From contig NC_091989.1 in the NCBI RefSeq assembly GCF_044704955.1, positions 54,188,001-54,252,000 of the forward strand: DNA of 64,000 nucleotides. Direction: 5' to 3'. Origin of the DNA: Pristiophorus japonicus (lineage: Eukaryota). The notes beneath the pieces are model-generated. The model worked only from the letters and a program-made list of their open reading frames with translations, had not been told where the DNA came from and made no database searches. Of this stretch, positions 10,826-22,770 are shown in pieces. Positions within the stretch are counted from its first letter, which is position 1, and each line of letters begins with the position of its first letter. The translations under genes and the position numbers were made by a program.

Positions 10826-13720
10826 ATGAAAGGAATCCTGTTGCTATGGATGGCCCTGATGGAGACGTGTTCGGGACACCGAGGTATGGAGGAATCACTC
10901 GTCTTCGGGTGCTCCGGAGGGAAACCCCCGCGAGTGACCACATGGAGCAGTGTGCCCGGCAAGGATGGGACCACAATGTACCAGCGGGAGGGTTGGAGTC
11001 CAGCTCGACGCGTTACTCCAGCCACGGTACATTTACCTATGGCGAAGCATCCATCCCATGCCCTTTGATACAGGTGACCACTGCCCGGATTTGTGTCACT
11101 GAAGGGAAGAAGGTTTGTTTGACCTGCAAGGGAAACATCCCTTTGGACTGATGGTGGTGGCTTTGGAAGCTAAGCCAGGACGTTAAGGACAAATTTGCAG
11201 ATTGGGAGAGACTCAGTAATGATACCTACCGCACTATCACTGGGACTGAGGGGGGTATAAGTGTATGCTGGGACAAGTGGTGGAAATATGATGAGGGGAT
11301 TTACCTTTGTATGTGGGGGTCTGTGCATGGTGTCCCGTGGGTGTGTCGGTCGCGTTCAATAGGCGATGGCAGGATTCCGGGGATGGAATGAGATGGGATC
11401 GGAATTTGGATTCATGTGTCCTGCCAGTACCCCCTGCCCCAGTACATGCCACTGAGCTCCTGGCACAGACCAGGAAACCCATACCTACAGCTCCTCCAGT
11501 AAAGCCAGACTGAAACAAATGTCCTGCAGCCGCCCCAGGTCCAAGGAATGGGTTGGTCCTCGTGCCCACAGAGAAAACATTATACCAGGGTGTACATTAT
11601 GCTGTCGCTTCTGTGATATTAAATCTGACAGAAGTCCACTTACTTGTTTGGTGTCCTCGAAAAAACTGAACAACTGTACCAGTCTCTGCTGAGTGACATA
11701 TTCCAGAGATTTTATGAACTAGACTTTGGAGACATAAACATAGCAGACCTGTACAGCTTCAGAGCACCGAGCATGGTAGGGGCAGGAAGGAAAAGAAGGG
11801 ATTTGGTAAACGATTTGTTCACAGCCTACAACACAGGTTCCTCAATGACAAACAGCATGGATGATGTGCAACTGGCCCTGCAAATAAATGGGTTAAAGAA
11901 ACAGTTGCGCAAAATCCTTGGGGAGGAAAATACAGTGTTAGGCTTAAGTCTCCACGAAGACCAGGCCATGACTCTACATTTGAAGGAGTAATTTTAGAAT
12001 GGAAAGGCACTCTAAAACAATAAATGCCTTGATCAGAGAGGACAGAAATGCCTCTGATCAAGCAGCTCAAAATGAGGTGTGTGTGCTGTATGGGGCTTGG
12101 TTACTGAGTGAAGGCAGGAGCAACCTGGAAGACTTGAGGCAAGGTCAAGTCCCCTCCTGGATCAGTAACCAACATCTAGCAGCATTACACCCTTACAGTA
12201 ACTCCTTGAGTCCATGCCAGCTTCGTGTAGCCTCTGAAGCCTATCCTGTACCTTTGACTGTGGCAAATCAAATCATACAATCATGGGAAGCATCGTAAAA
12301 ATGCCAGTTATGGGTAGCTCACCTAAGCAAGCACCCATATACAGGATTGAGAATGTTGGAGTCATTCGGGGAGGGATGCATGTGAGATTCGCAGTGGTCC
12401 CGCCCTATGTCATAAAATGGGGGCATACTATGATGGGTACAGACCTCTCTGGGTGCCGAAGCAGGGGTGCACAGGTAATACTGTGTCCCCAAGACTTGAA
12501 CACATTTACCAGGCCACAATGTGGTTTTAACACTGCTGGTGCTAAGCCCATAAACTGCACCATGGAGATACTGGCACAGGGCCATGTTCTTCCACAGATT
12601 GCTTACATTGTGAGTGGGACATATTGCATCACCACAAATGCACAGAGCTACCGGTACTACCAGCACGTGGAGTGTCCGGTGAGCTACAGCAGCTTTTGTT
12701 TTAAACCATTGGCAGAGGTACATGTGGCCCAGTAACGGATCACTTCCACCCCTGAACCTTCTACCATTCACATCACTGTGCAAAATAACATGTCACATTT
12801 GCAAGATTATGTTGCACGCTTTGGTTACGAAATACCTCCACTCCCAGAGCAGTTCACGGAATTACTGAAACATAGAAACATAGAAACATAGAAAATAGGT
12901 GCAGGAGTAGGCCATTCGGCCCTTCTAGCCTGCACCGCCATTCAATGAGTTCATGGCTGAACATTCAACTTCAGTACCCCATTCCTGCTTTCTCGCCATA
13001 CCCCTTGATCCCCCTAGTAGGAAGGACCTCATCTAACTCCTTTTTGAATATATTTAGTGGATTGACCTCAACAACTTTCTGTAGTAGAGAATTCCACAGG
13101 TTCACCACTCTCTGGGCGAAGAAGTTCCTCCGCATCTCGGTCCTAAATGGCTTACCCCTTATCCTTAGACTGTGACCTCTGGTTCTGGACTTCCCCAACA
13201 TTGGGAACATTCTTCCTGCATCTAACCTGTCTAACCCCGTCAGAATTTTAAATGTTTCTATGAGGTCCCCTCTCATTCTTCTGAACTCCAGTGAATACAA
13301 GCCCAGTTGATCCAGTCTTTCTTGATAGGTCAGTCCCGCCATCCCGGGAATCAGTCTGGTGAACCTTCGCTGCACTCCCTCAATAGCAAGAATGTCCTTC
13401 CTCAGGTTAGGAGACCAAAACTGTACACAATACTCCAGGTGTAGCCTCACCAATGCCCTGTACAACACAATTATCACAAAAGCATTTTTACACCCTGGAG
13501 CAAAAGACAGTTGAGGTGGGGACAGAGATCTCTCAGATAGAAGCCCCCTCTTGGTGGGACTTGGGCTTGAGTGTTGAAATCCCCCCTTGGATCAGGATTG
13601 GGTCCCATGTGTTGGTTATATGCCAGTTAACAATTGTCCTGTACCTCCTGTAAACAGGCACAGAATGAGGCGTAGGAGGCGTCGCAGACGACATTCTAGG
13701 ACATACCAGGAACCCTAGAC
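10826..13720 (+). pseudogene. env: env: signal peptide, Ig-like domain, Pro/Thr linker, class I fusion protein (F-like), TM; interrupted by CR1
   Basis: Signal peptide MKGILLLWMALMETCSG. Furin site RKRR at 11788-11799. Heptad QLALQINGLKKQL. Cys-rich region DLSGC...ILCP...CGF...CTM...TYCITT. Second heptad, then SWWD and TM IGSHVLVICQLTIVLYLL. Arg-rich tail in an adjacent frame. Several stops and frameshifts. Confidence 0.8.
12868..13465 (-). mobile_element. CR1 LINE 3' fragment inserted in env
   Basis: LYRALVRLHLEYCVQFWSP...WNSL, with a (CTATGTTT)n tail at 12868-12893. Env reading resumes on both sides. Confidence 0.95.
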
Positions 13721-14171
13721 CTTTGTAACCCTGCTATCTTTTCTGCATTTCTGTAAGGGGAAGGATGGGAATGTTTGGATAGAAAGAAATGTGCAATACT
13801 TTGTAAAATAACCAGGTCACGTCTCCTGCAATTCTACAGGAGACTTTATCCATGTATATAGTTGTGGTATAAAGTGTTTTAAGTTAAGAGCCTGCATGCA
13901 AGCTGTAATGTTTAAAATGCATGTATGAATGTATCTGTTCTGTTGTTTTGAAGTATGTTTCCTGGCAATGGGGGTCAGAGCCCATGGAAACCCAGGAAAG
14001 GATGTGTTGCAGTAAGGCCCAAATTATCAACAGTCAGGCACTGTGTATTTTTCCTTGTTGAAGGGGGAAAGACGTGTTTCTGGGTTTAGCTTGATAATTT
14101 GGGGAAGGTTTTACTTTAGGGTCAGAATTATGCTCTATGTACCATGACACTATAGTGGTGACTATTGTGCC

Positions 14172-14182
14172 AAATGGGGGAA
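14172..14182 (+). other. Polypurine tract
   Basis: AAATGGGGGAA immediately precedes the TGTAAGGA start of the LTR. Confidence 0.75.
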
Positions 14183-15624
14183 TGTAAGGATTGACCAAAA
14201 TTCCCTGGTTTGGGGAATCCATCTTGGTCTCGGATTGTGCCAGTTTAAAACCCCTGTTAAGGATCTGAAGCCTGGAGCCCGAAAACAGCATGTGTGTGTA
14301 CACCTTGTGTGGAAACCTGGACTAACTTTTGGGACCTTGAGGCTTGGCCCTGGAGAACCTTTGTGCTGGACTGTCTGGTGATTCTTGTGAAAGATTTGGA
14401 GGACTTTATGAACTTATTGGTATATTCTGTGGATTTTGCTGGAAAAGACTGCAAAAAGCCTGAACAGGAGAGGCGGAGTAAAAGAACACATACTGCTGAG
14501 ATAATGGACAGGTGGGTTTTGCTGTGTGAGTAATGGGGGTCGGAGAACCTGCAAAGTCAGCAAAACCATTATTTACCTGTCACTCACCTCGCCTCTCTCA
14601 AATCACCACCTGACAAAGATTAATTCCAACAAAGAACTTAGGCCTGGGCCCGAGATTCAGGTGGCAGGATGGCCTAGTACAATGAACTGGCAGTTAACAT
14701 CTCGTCAAACTAAATCGGGCCATCATCTACCGGTAATAGCCCAGGTCAGCCGTTGGAGTTTAATCACATCTCAAAGGGTGCATCTTTTGAAACTGAACAA
14801 GCCCGAACAAAGGACTTTTAGAAAACCAACCAGCTCAGAGCCTTGTATCTAGGCTCCACCTTCTCCAGCAAGAAAGTGTTCGCATCAGTGTTCGTGTTCG
14901 TGCCCGAGTGTTCGCAGTGTCTCCAGCATTTCTCTGACCAGCAAAGGACCAACAAGCAACCTTGCTCCAACCAAAGGGGGTCAAGTCAAAACCGCAACCG
15001 GGAGCGCGACACTCAGCTCGGTCAGCCGCAACTAGTCCCCGAACTCCATCAAGGTCCAGCATGGGATTAAAACCCAAGTGGGCCCATCGAAACCAACAGA
15101 AGAACCTGCCACCATATTACCAGGGGCCAACCAGTGACAATCTAGCCGGCCACCTGCTCTCTATGAGTGGTCGAATCAACCGGGGTCCCCAACGGCAATA
15201 AAACAACATACCCGCCGCTGGAAAACAAAGCCTACCGTCCCTGAAGATAACATCTAAAGCTGCATTGGCAAGTATAATTCTGACCTTAAAGGTGTAGACC
15301 TAGACAGTAAGGTTTGGGTGTTGGGAGGTGGTTTTTTTTTGGTTTAGACAGATACACTGTAATTTTGTGTGTTCTTCTTCCTCTCTTCTAGCTCTGCCTG
15401 ACCGTGATTGTTACGTTGCATTAAAGTTTGGTAGTTTTCACTTGTCTGAAATAAAGTTTTGGTGCCTTCAATTTTCTAATAATCACCTTAGACTCATTCC
15501 AAACACACACTTGTCTGCCTTTTGCTTTATTACTTCTGTGATAAGTGCAGTGTCCAGACCCAGGGGTTAGGAGCACTTCGAAACTGCTCAGAGAAGTTCC
15601 CACAGGCCAGGCATAAGCTGTGGG
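14183..15624 (+). repeat. 3' LTR (~1.45 kb), cut off at its U5 end by a Gypsy LTR
   Basis: TG start after the PPT. AATAAA at ~15450. U5 hairpin GAGCACTTCGAAACTGCTC at 15571-15589. Terminal TACA not seen before the next element starts. Confidence 0.75.
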
Positions 15625-15884
15625 TGTCATGTATGTAACCTTCATGTAACTGTAACCTTCATGTAACAACACTGCATACTGTATACACCTAAGAAATGCA
15701 CACCTTGACCACAGGGGGTGAACTTGTAGGAGACACTCCTCACCTGGTCATCCAGGTATATAAAGGGAGGTCCCACGCAGGGTCATCACTTCTTGGTCCT
15801 GTGATTAAATGTTCAGGTCACAGAGTGACCTTGTCTGCAGAATGTGCCTCGTGTGAATTTATAGTAGTGTGTAAGGACATTACA
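15625..15884 (+). repeat. Gypsy 5' LTR
   Basis: TGTCATG...CATTACA termini, TATAAA at ~15759 and ATTAAA at ~15804, followed by a PBS. Confidence 0.85.
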
Positions 15885-15886
15885 TT

Positions 15887-15906
15887 TGGCGACGAGAATC
15901 GGGAAT
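15887..15906 (+). other. Primer-binding site, tRNA-Ser(GCU)-like
   Basis: TGGCGACGAGAATCGGGAAT starts 2 nt after the LTR and approximates the complement of the vertebrate tRNA-Ser(GCU) 3' end (TGGCGACGAGGATGGGAT). Confidence 0.7.
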
Positions 15907-15914
15907 CAACGACT

Positions 15915-17145
15915 CATAAGACATACGCGCTGATGAAAGACCTGCTCGCATCCGAGAAGCCGGCGGACAAAACATTTGAAGAGTTCAGCAAACTGATCGG
16001 TGAGCACCTCAAACCGGCGAGCAGTATACACAAGGCCCGATACCGATTCTATACACACCGACGTCAGGAAGGACAGAGCATACCGGACTTTGTTGCGGAC
16101 CTTCGGCACTTGGCCAGCCTCTGTAAGTTCACAGACGCCTGCAGGGGGGAGATGTTAAGGGATTTCTTTATTGAGGGCATTGGTCATGCCGGGATTTTCA
16201 GAAAGCTAATTGAGACCAAGGACTTGACCTTTGAAGCGGCGGCGTTGATGGCTCAGACCTTCATGGCGGGGGAGGAGGAAACCAAGATAATATACGCGCG
16301 CAACTCTGCTTCCAACGTGGCAATGGATCAGAGAGTAAACATTGTAAACGCGACTCAGAACCCCGCAGGCAGGCAAGGGAAATTCGACACCACCCAGGCA
16401 GCAACAAACTCTAGAGTGGGTCCTCAACAGAGACAATGGCAGGTTGAACGGACATTTACGCCATCACAGTGGACAATGCATCCCGGGATGGGGCCATTGA
16501 CATCCACTAACAGAGTGCTCAAGAGTAATCAAAGAGACAATCAGAGAGGAATGCCTGGTAACAGCCATTTTGTTCACAACAATCTCAGCTCATGCTGGAG
16601 GTGCGGGGGCAGACATGCTGCAAATACCTGTAGGTTTCAACAATTTATCTGTAGAAAATGTAACTTCAGTGGACATTTAGCCAGAATGTGCAGAAAGCCC
16701 GCAGCGAGGCTAATTTACGAGGCAGATGAACCAGAAAAGGGGTCTGCAAGGCAGGTTGATGCTTGGGACAAAGCAATGGATGCTGAAGTTCAGTGGGTTC
16801 ATGTGGCAAACATCCACAGCTCATATACCAAAACGCCACCTATGATGATGAAAGTTCTATTAAACGGCATCCCAGTACACATGGAGCTGGACACAGGGGC
16901 CAGCCAATCACTTATGAGTGTCCAACAATTCGAGAAACTATGGCCACTCAGAGCTAGCAGACCCAAACTAGAATGCATTGACACGCAATTACGGATATAC
17001 ACCAAAGAGATCATCCCAGTACTAGGCAGTGCAATGTTGGTGGTCACACATAATGGATCAGAGAACCGGCTGCCACTCTGGATTGTCCCGGGAAATGGTC
17101 CCGCGCTTTTGGGGAGGAGCTGGCTAGCCGAAATGAACTGGAAAC
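15915..17145 (+). pseudogene. gag: Gypsy gag-protease, N-terminally deleted and truncated before RT
   Basis: ARYRFYTHRRQEGQSIPDFVADLR, zinc knuckles CWRCGGRHAANTC and CRKCNFSGHLARMC, protease LDTGAS and LLGRSWL. Confidence 0.9.
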
Positions 17146-17372
17146 ACAGCGAGTTGTCCTGATCTGGAAAGCAGTGCCTGAAAGGGTAGTGGGAGCAGAA
17201 TCAATAGTAACTTTCAAAAGAGAATTGGATAAATACTTCAAGAGAAAAATATTAAAGGGCTATGGGGAAAGAGCAGGGGAGTGGGATTAATTGCATAGCT
17301 CCACCAAAGATCTGGCACAGACAAGATTGGCCAAATGGCCTCCTTCTGTACTGTATCATTCTACGATTATAT
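17146..17372 (+). mobile_element. CR1-type LINE 3' end
   Basis: WKAVPERVVGAESIVTFKRELDKY and a 3' UTR ending ATGGCCTCCTTCTGT. Confidence 0.75.
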
Positions 17373-17599
17373 CAAAAGTGAGGCAGCTGCTGTTCAGGCC
17401 AAGCTGCAATTACCGCCCTGTCCCCGCAGACACTGTAGAACCTCCAGGGTTGTAGTTTGTGCTTCTGATGAGATGGCAGCCCCAACTTGTCCTGGGACGC
17501 TGTACAAGAGGAACCATCGCAGACTGTTAAAGAAGCTGTCACAGGCTTTACTGATCTCTGCAACAAAGACAAAGTTTCCCCGATGCTGCTGCAGATTGA

Positions 17600-17900
17600 A
17601 CCATACATCACACATCCTGGGAAAGCTCCTGCACTCCACTCATGAGATTCAAGTCTGCTGTCTTCTCAGGCAATAGAGGCGTCTCCGCAGCCTCCACTGG
17701 GAAACGGCTGAGCCCTCACCTCCTCCCTGTTCTTCTGGCATCCTCAAAGAGTCACCTGTATCAATCTCCTCATCCCCACCAATAAATCCAGCAAGCATGG
17801 AGCTGTTACCGCTGGTAGAGATATACAGTTTAGATATTAATGGTCCGTGCATCCTGATCCATGGAGGTCATCTGACCTTGTCTTGACGTCATCCATTCTA
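17600..17900 (-). pseudogene. Probable Harbinger Myb exon-3 remnant
   Basis: Acidic low-complexity segment TSGNSSMLAGFIGGDEEIDTGDSLRMPEEQGGG resembles other Harbinger accessory exons. Confidence 0.35.
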
Positions 17901-18769
17901 ATCCTTGACATAATCCTTCTCCTGTCAGAGCACAGCAAGCTTGGATATGCCACAGATGATCTTTAATGCCCAGGTGAAAGGCTCTGAGTTAGTGTATGGA
18001 GACAGATAAGGTGGGTAATGAAAATGGTCTCACAGAGAGAGAGGGAGCAAGCGTGCCAGAAGTACAAAGGGTAGGATGACAACGACTACCTAATGCATTT
18101 CTTTTTCCTCCTCCACCCACCCCACTTACAACAGGTCGTGTACAGCAAGAAAAGGAAATTAGATAAAATTGGCGCACAGCAGCCAGTGATGGTGGCAAAA
18201 TTCAGACAGCCTGGAACTCTACTGCAGCTTGACCCTTTAAGTGTTGTACCAAGAACAGGTATTGATTAGCAACCCCTTGCCTGCAGCTGGTACTGGCCCA
18301 CAGGCATTGCCATCATGACTACCAACAACACTAGCCCCCTCTGGAGCTCAACAGTCTGCTTCTCAAAATCTCTCAGCTCCTGCCTATGGCCTCTCCCAGG
18401 TATTGTGTACCTCTTGTCCTGGAACAATATTAATAGCAGTAGGTGATGCTACACCGCTGAAGCAAATCTCCCAGGTGGTAGAAGACAGCTGAGGCAACCA
18501 AAAGGATAAGTGTTCGAAGGTTCCATAACATGAGAAGTTGGAGTTGTAAGAGACAGCATGTAAGAAAGATTTATGAAGGGAGTTCCCAACACAGGTTCCA
18601 GGTGGAAGAATTAGAGAGTACAACGTGAATAAAGATTTATTTCATTCCATTTCAGGCGTGAAGGTGATCAGTGAAGGGTGTCATAAAACATCAAAGTGCA
18701 AAGGGGGACATTACAGTTGTGTTACCTCGGCTGCCCTCATGAGGTAATTAAACAGGAGTCACAGCAGTA

Positions 18770-19492
18770 CAGCGGGACGTGGGGGTACTTGTGCATGGAA
18801 CACAAAAGGATAGTATGCAGGTACAGCAAGTGATCAGGAAGGCCAATGGTATCTTGGCCTTTATTGCAAAGGGGGTGGAGTATAAAAGCAGAGAAGTCTT
18901 ACCACAGCTATATAAGGTATTGGTGAGGCTACACCTGGAATACTGCGTGCAGTTTTGGTTTCCATATTTACAAAAGGATATACTTGTTTTGGAGGCATTT
19001 CAGAGAAGGTTCACTAGGTTTATTCCAGGATTGAGGGGGTTGACTTATGAGGCAAGGTTGAGTAGGTTGGGCCTCTACTCATTGGAATTCAGAAGAATGA
19101 GAGGTGATCTTATCGAAACGTATAAGTTTATGAGGGGGCTTGACAAGGTGGATGCAGAGAGGATGTTTCTACTGATGGGGCAGACTAGAACTAGAGGGCA
19201 CAATCTTAGAATAAGGGGCCGCCCATTTAAAACAGAGATGAGGAAAAATTTATTCTCTCAGAAATTGTAAATCTGTGGAATTCGCTGCCTCAGAGAGCTG
19301 TGGAAGCTGGGACATCAAATAAATTTAAGACAGAAATAGAGAATTTCTTAAACGATAAGGGGATAAGGGGTTATGGGGAGCGAGCGGGGAAGTGGAGCTG
19401 AATTCATGATCAGATCAGCCATGATCTTATTGAATGGTGGAGTAGGCTCGAGGGGCCGTATGGCCTACTCCAATTCCTATTATGTTCTTATG
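18770..19492 (+). mobile_element. CR1 LINE 3' fragment
   Basis: GVLVHGTQK..QVQQVIRKANGILAFIAKGVEYKSREVL...HLEYCVQFW plus 3' UTR and tail. Confidence 0.95.
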
Positions 19493-19770
19493 TAATAAGG
19501 GGCCAGCCATTTAGGACTGAGATGAGGAAATATTTATTCACCCAGAGGGTGGTGAATCTTTTGAATTCTCTATCCCAGGGGCTGTGGATGCTCAGTCGTT
19601 GAGTATATTTAAGACAGAGATCAATGGATTTTTGAATATTAAGGGAATCAAGGGATATGGGGATAGTGCAGAAAAGTGGAATTGAGGTAGAAGATCGGCC
19701 ATGATCTTATTGAATGGTAGAGCAAGCTGAAGGGGCCAAATGGCCTACTCCTAATTCTTATGTTCTTATG
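19493..19770 (+). mobile_element. Second short CR1 3' fragment, tandem to the previous one
   Basis: Repeats the AATAAGGGGCC..TTTAGGACTGAGATGAGG..GGCCTACTCCT..TTATGTTCTTATG 3' end. Confidence 0.9.
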
Positions 19771-21230
19771 GCACTGTTCCATCGACCTGCAAATGAAGAA
19801 GGTGGTTCTCCGCATCACTGGCACTTCATATGCCTCTGGTGTCTGAGGGAAGTAGCCTGCTTCCCAGCAGGTGGTTTCTCCCCTGGTGGATCTCATCCAG
19901 GATGTTTTGTTAGTTGACATCTGCAAAATACTGGGCTCCCCTCCTTCTGCCACCACAAGCCTGAGGCTTTGCTTGCCAGCCACCAGTGAGTGAAGTTGAC
20001 GCCTTGAATAATTACAAAGGAATTCCTTGGTAAAACACGAATCATAGCAGTTGAACACACTGCCAAATGTTTGGGAACAAAATACATGCTACTTACCTGC
20101 TGCATCTCGAAAGAGATTATTGGCACTTTAAATTGCTGCAGACTTTTAAGCTTTTAAGTCCTTCAGACAGTTTACTCCCCCCTTCCACACCATGCTTTAT
20201 TCTCATGTTACATGGGATTTGCACTACTGGCCCATCATTCAATATTTAAATAAGATGGCTAAGGAAATTCTGGGGCAGTCAGTGGGTTAATTCATCACAG
20301 AAGTTATGCCCTTCTGACATCACTGCAACACAAACGGTAATGGTGGATATTTGGGCCACTGTTTGTAATTTATTATGAGGAGACCTCCTGTGGCCTTACT
20401 CAAGCTATGTCAAACAATACATTTTATGATGAAAGGTGTATTGTACCAAGCATGTGCAATGTCTTAGTCTGCCGCTAGGATGGAGCTGTGTGCGATTGGC
20501 AATTGTTAATGGGAACAGAGCAGAGTTCAGTCTGAAGTTCCATTGCTTGGAGAGGGATCTGCTCAAGGTGAGGTGAAGACCTCCTCAATCAGTTTACTGG
20601 TTATTCAAGCTGCAATTCAGAACCCAGGATGAAATGTATGTCAGGTTTTGGAATATTTTGACCATTTTCTCTTTAAATATTTTGGAAAACAATTACAGTT
20701 AAATGTTGGATTTTTAAAAAAAGTGTAATCACACAAGTTTGAAAATAAAAATCATAGGATAAAAGATGATTAATATACTAATGGGGTAGGCATTGGAATT
20801 ATTTCCCCAAAGACAACAAACAATAAGTAATTTGTTAGCCAACCTCAGTAATTGATAAGCACCTCACACCCGTTGTGCTCGGAGATCTCTGATCACGAAT
20901 GCTCAGCAAGGAATGTCTGACATAGGACCTCCCATCTGGTTGTGAACAAGGGGAGATAAAAATAGCCAAAAATACTCTGTGACAGTCAGGTTTTTAAACA
21001 GAAAACTACCAGGTTAATCTTGCACAAGACGCAGAAGGTTAGAATTTAGGTGGTCAGTCAGAAGTTATTTTGTCAAGCAAGCTGACCCACTGATGTGGAA
21101 AAGCATTATTATTACATGAAGCTGAGTTTTACAGGCTGAACTAAGTGAGCTTGGTCATAATTGTTTCTCTGTACATTTACTTGCTGTGAAATAAAGCAGC
21201 TTAATGATTTGTATCAGGCCTCAGCTTGCG

Positions 21231-22682
21231 GGTCAGAATTTTCTGGGGTCCATGTGGGCGCGATCGGAGGCGGGTAGGGCGAGAAACTTGAAATAAGTTG
21301 CTGCGGGTCGGGGACCCACCGTCATCCCGCCCCCATGCACGTGTGCAGACACGGCAACGAACCGAACGGCAGAGGCGGGCAAGCTAATTCAAATCATTAT
21401 TAGGTACTTGTCAGACCCTGAAGCGCCTTTTTATCCTTGCCTTTCAAATTTCCCTGGATGAGAATGGGAATCACGCAGCTCAGGAACCACGTCTGTGAAC
21501 CTGAGGCGGAAGTTGAGTGACCACTGATCCACCTCATTAGTGCACAGCATGGAAAATACAATAAAAACTATCACCTCACAGCTGGTCGCTTTCCTAAGGT
21601 AGATGCTGTTGCTGACTGCATTGACAGTACAGATTTAGCTTTCTCGAGATTGCAAATGTTTCCAGCAAAGTTGGCATCCACCTTCGCCTCATTGGTACAA
21701 CCTATCACACCATTGACAGATTGCTTCTGTCATCTGTACCTGACCTGCCATCTATTCCATCAGCATGGGTGCCATTTCTACTGTCTCAGAATCCTCAGAA
21801 TCTGACCATGATGATCCCCAACAACAGCAGCATCAGGAATACCAGCAGCACCAACAACACCACCAACCTTCCCCTCAACCACTTGATGCCCTACAGGACA
21901 GAGGGCATCATCCCAGTGTGGCACCGTGCCAGAGGCGATACCCCCAAACAGGGTATAGGCAGAGGATGAACTTCCACAAAATGACAGAGCAGCAGGAGGC
22001 TCAGGTTATAGCGCCAGGTCATCTCAGATATTTTCACATTCTGGAGAAAGACCTGCAACCCAGAGAAGTGGGTGGGCATGCGTTACTGTGGCTGTCAAAG
22101 TCAACAGCGCCCTCAACTTCTTCACCTTAGGCTCCTTCCAGGGATCTGTAGCGGACATGTGCGGCATCTCGCAGTCAGCTGCCCACAAATGCATCATGCA
22201 GGTCACCGATACCCTGTTTAACAAGTCAGCCAATTATATCAACTTTGCCGCTGATGAAGCCAGTGTTACTGAGCAGTGCTCAGCTTTGCCGCTCTGGCTA
22301 ATGTTCCATGGATGCAGGGCGTCATTGATTCCACGTGGCTATCAGGGCACCCCATCATCACCCAGGAGTCTTTGACAACCGCAAGGGCTTGCACTCCCTC
22401 AATGTGCAGCTCCTCTGCAACCATAGGACGATCATCATGCATTTGTGCACAAAATTCCCTGGCAGCTGCCATGACTCTTTTGTTTGCGGCAGTCCACCCG
22501 CCCTCAGCTCTTCGATCCTCCAAACAGACTTTCCGGCTGGCTGCTGGGAGAGAAGGGCCATCCACTGAAAACGTGGCTCATGACACCCTTGAGGCCAAGT
22601 ACTGAGACCCAGGAGAGATATAATGAAGCCACATTTCCACCAGATGTAACATATAGCAGACAGTTGGCATGCTCAAAATAGT
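21231..22682 (+). mobile_element. Degenerate Harbinger element with HARBI1-like transposase fragments (21765-22680)
   Basis: [78 protein letters not shown]. Many frameshifts. Confidence 0.85.
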
Positions 22683-22770
22683 TCTAATGACATTTACCCA
22701 TTCTATTTTTATATCCTTGCAAACTCTTTTCCTTTATCCACCAATCTAATCTAATCTTGAATGTTGACAT

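Larger units (their letters stand above)
7552..15624 (+). mobile_element. 5'-truncated endogenous retrovirus-like element (pol-env-PPT-3'LTR), lokiretrovirus-like
   Basis: Collinear RT C-terminus, tether, RNase H, integrase, env-like ORF fragments, PPT and TG-starting LTR. 5' LTR, gag and protease are absent. Confidence 0.85.

Noticed and set aside
14526-15201. Short ORFs in the 3' LTR as viral accessory genes
   Set aside because: Short, overlapping, mostly non-ATG and motif-free. Cannot be supported without a family consensus.
15696-15914. N-terminal part of the 488-aa ORF as genuine Gag
   Set aside because: It reads through the LTR and PBS. Real Gag similarity starts at ~15915 after a deletion.
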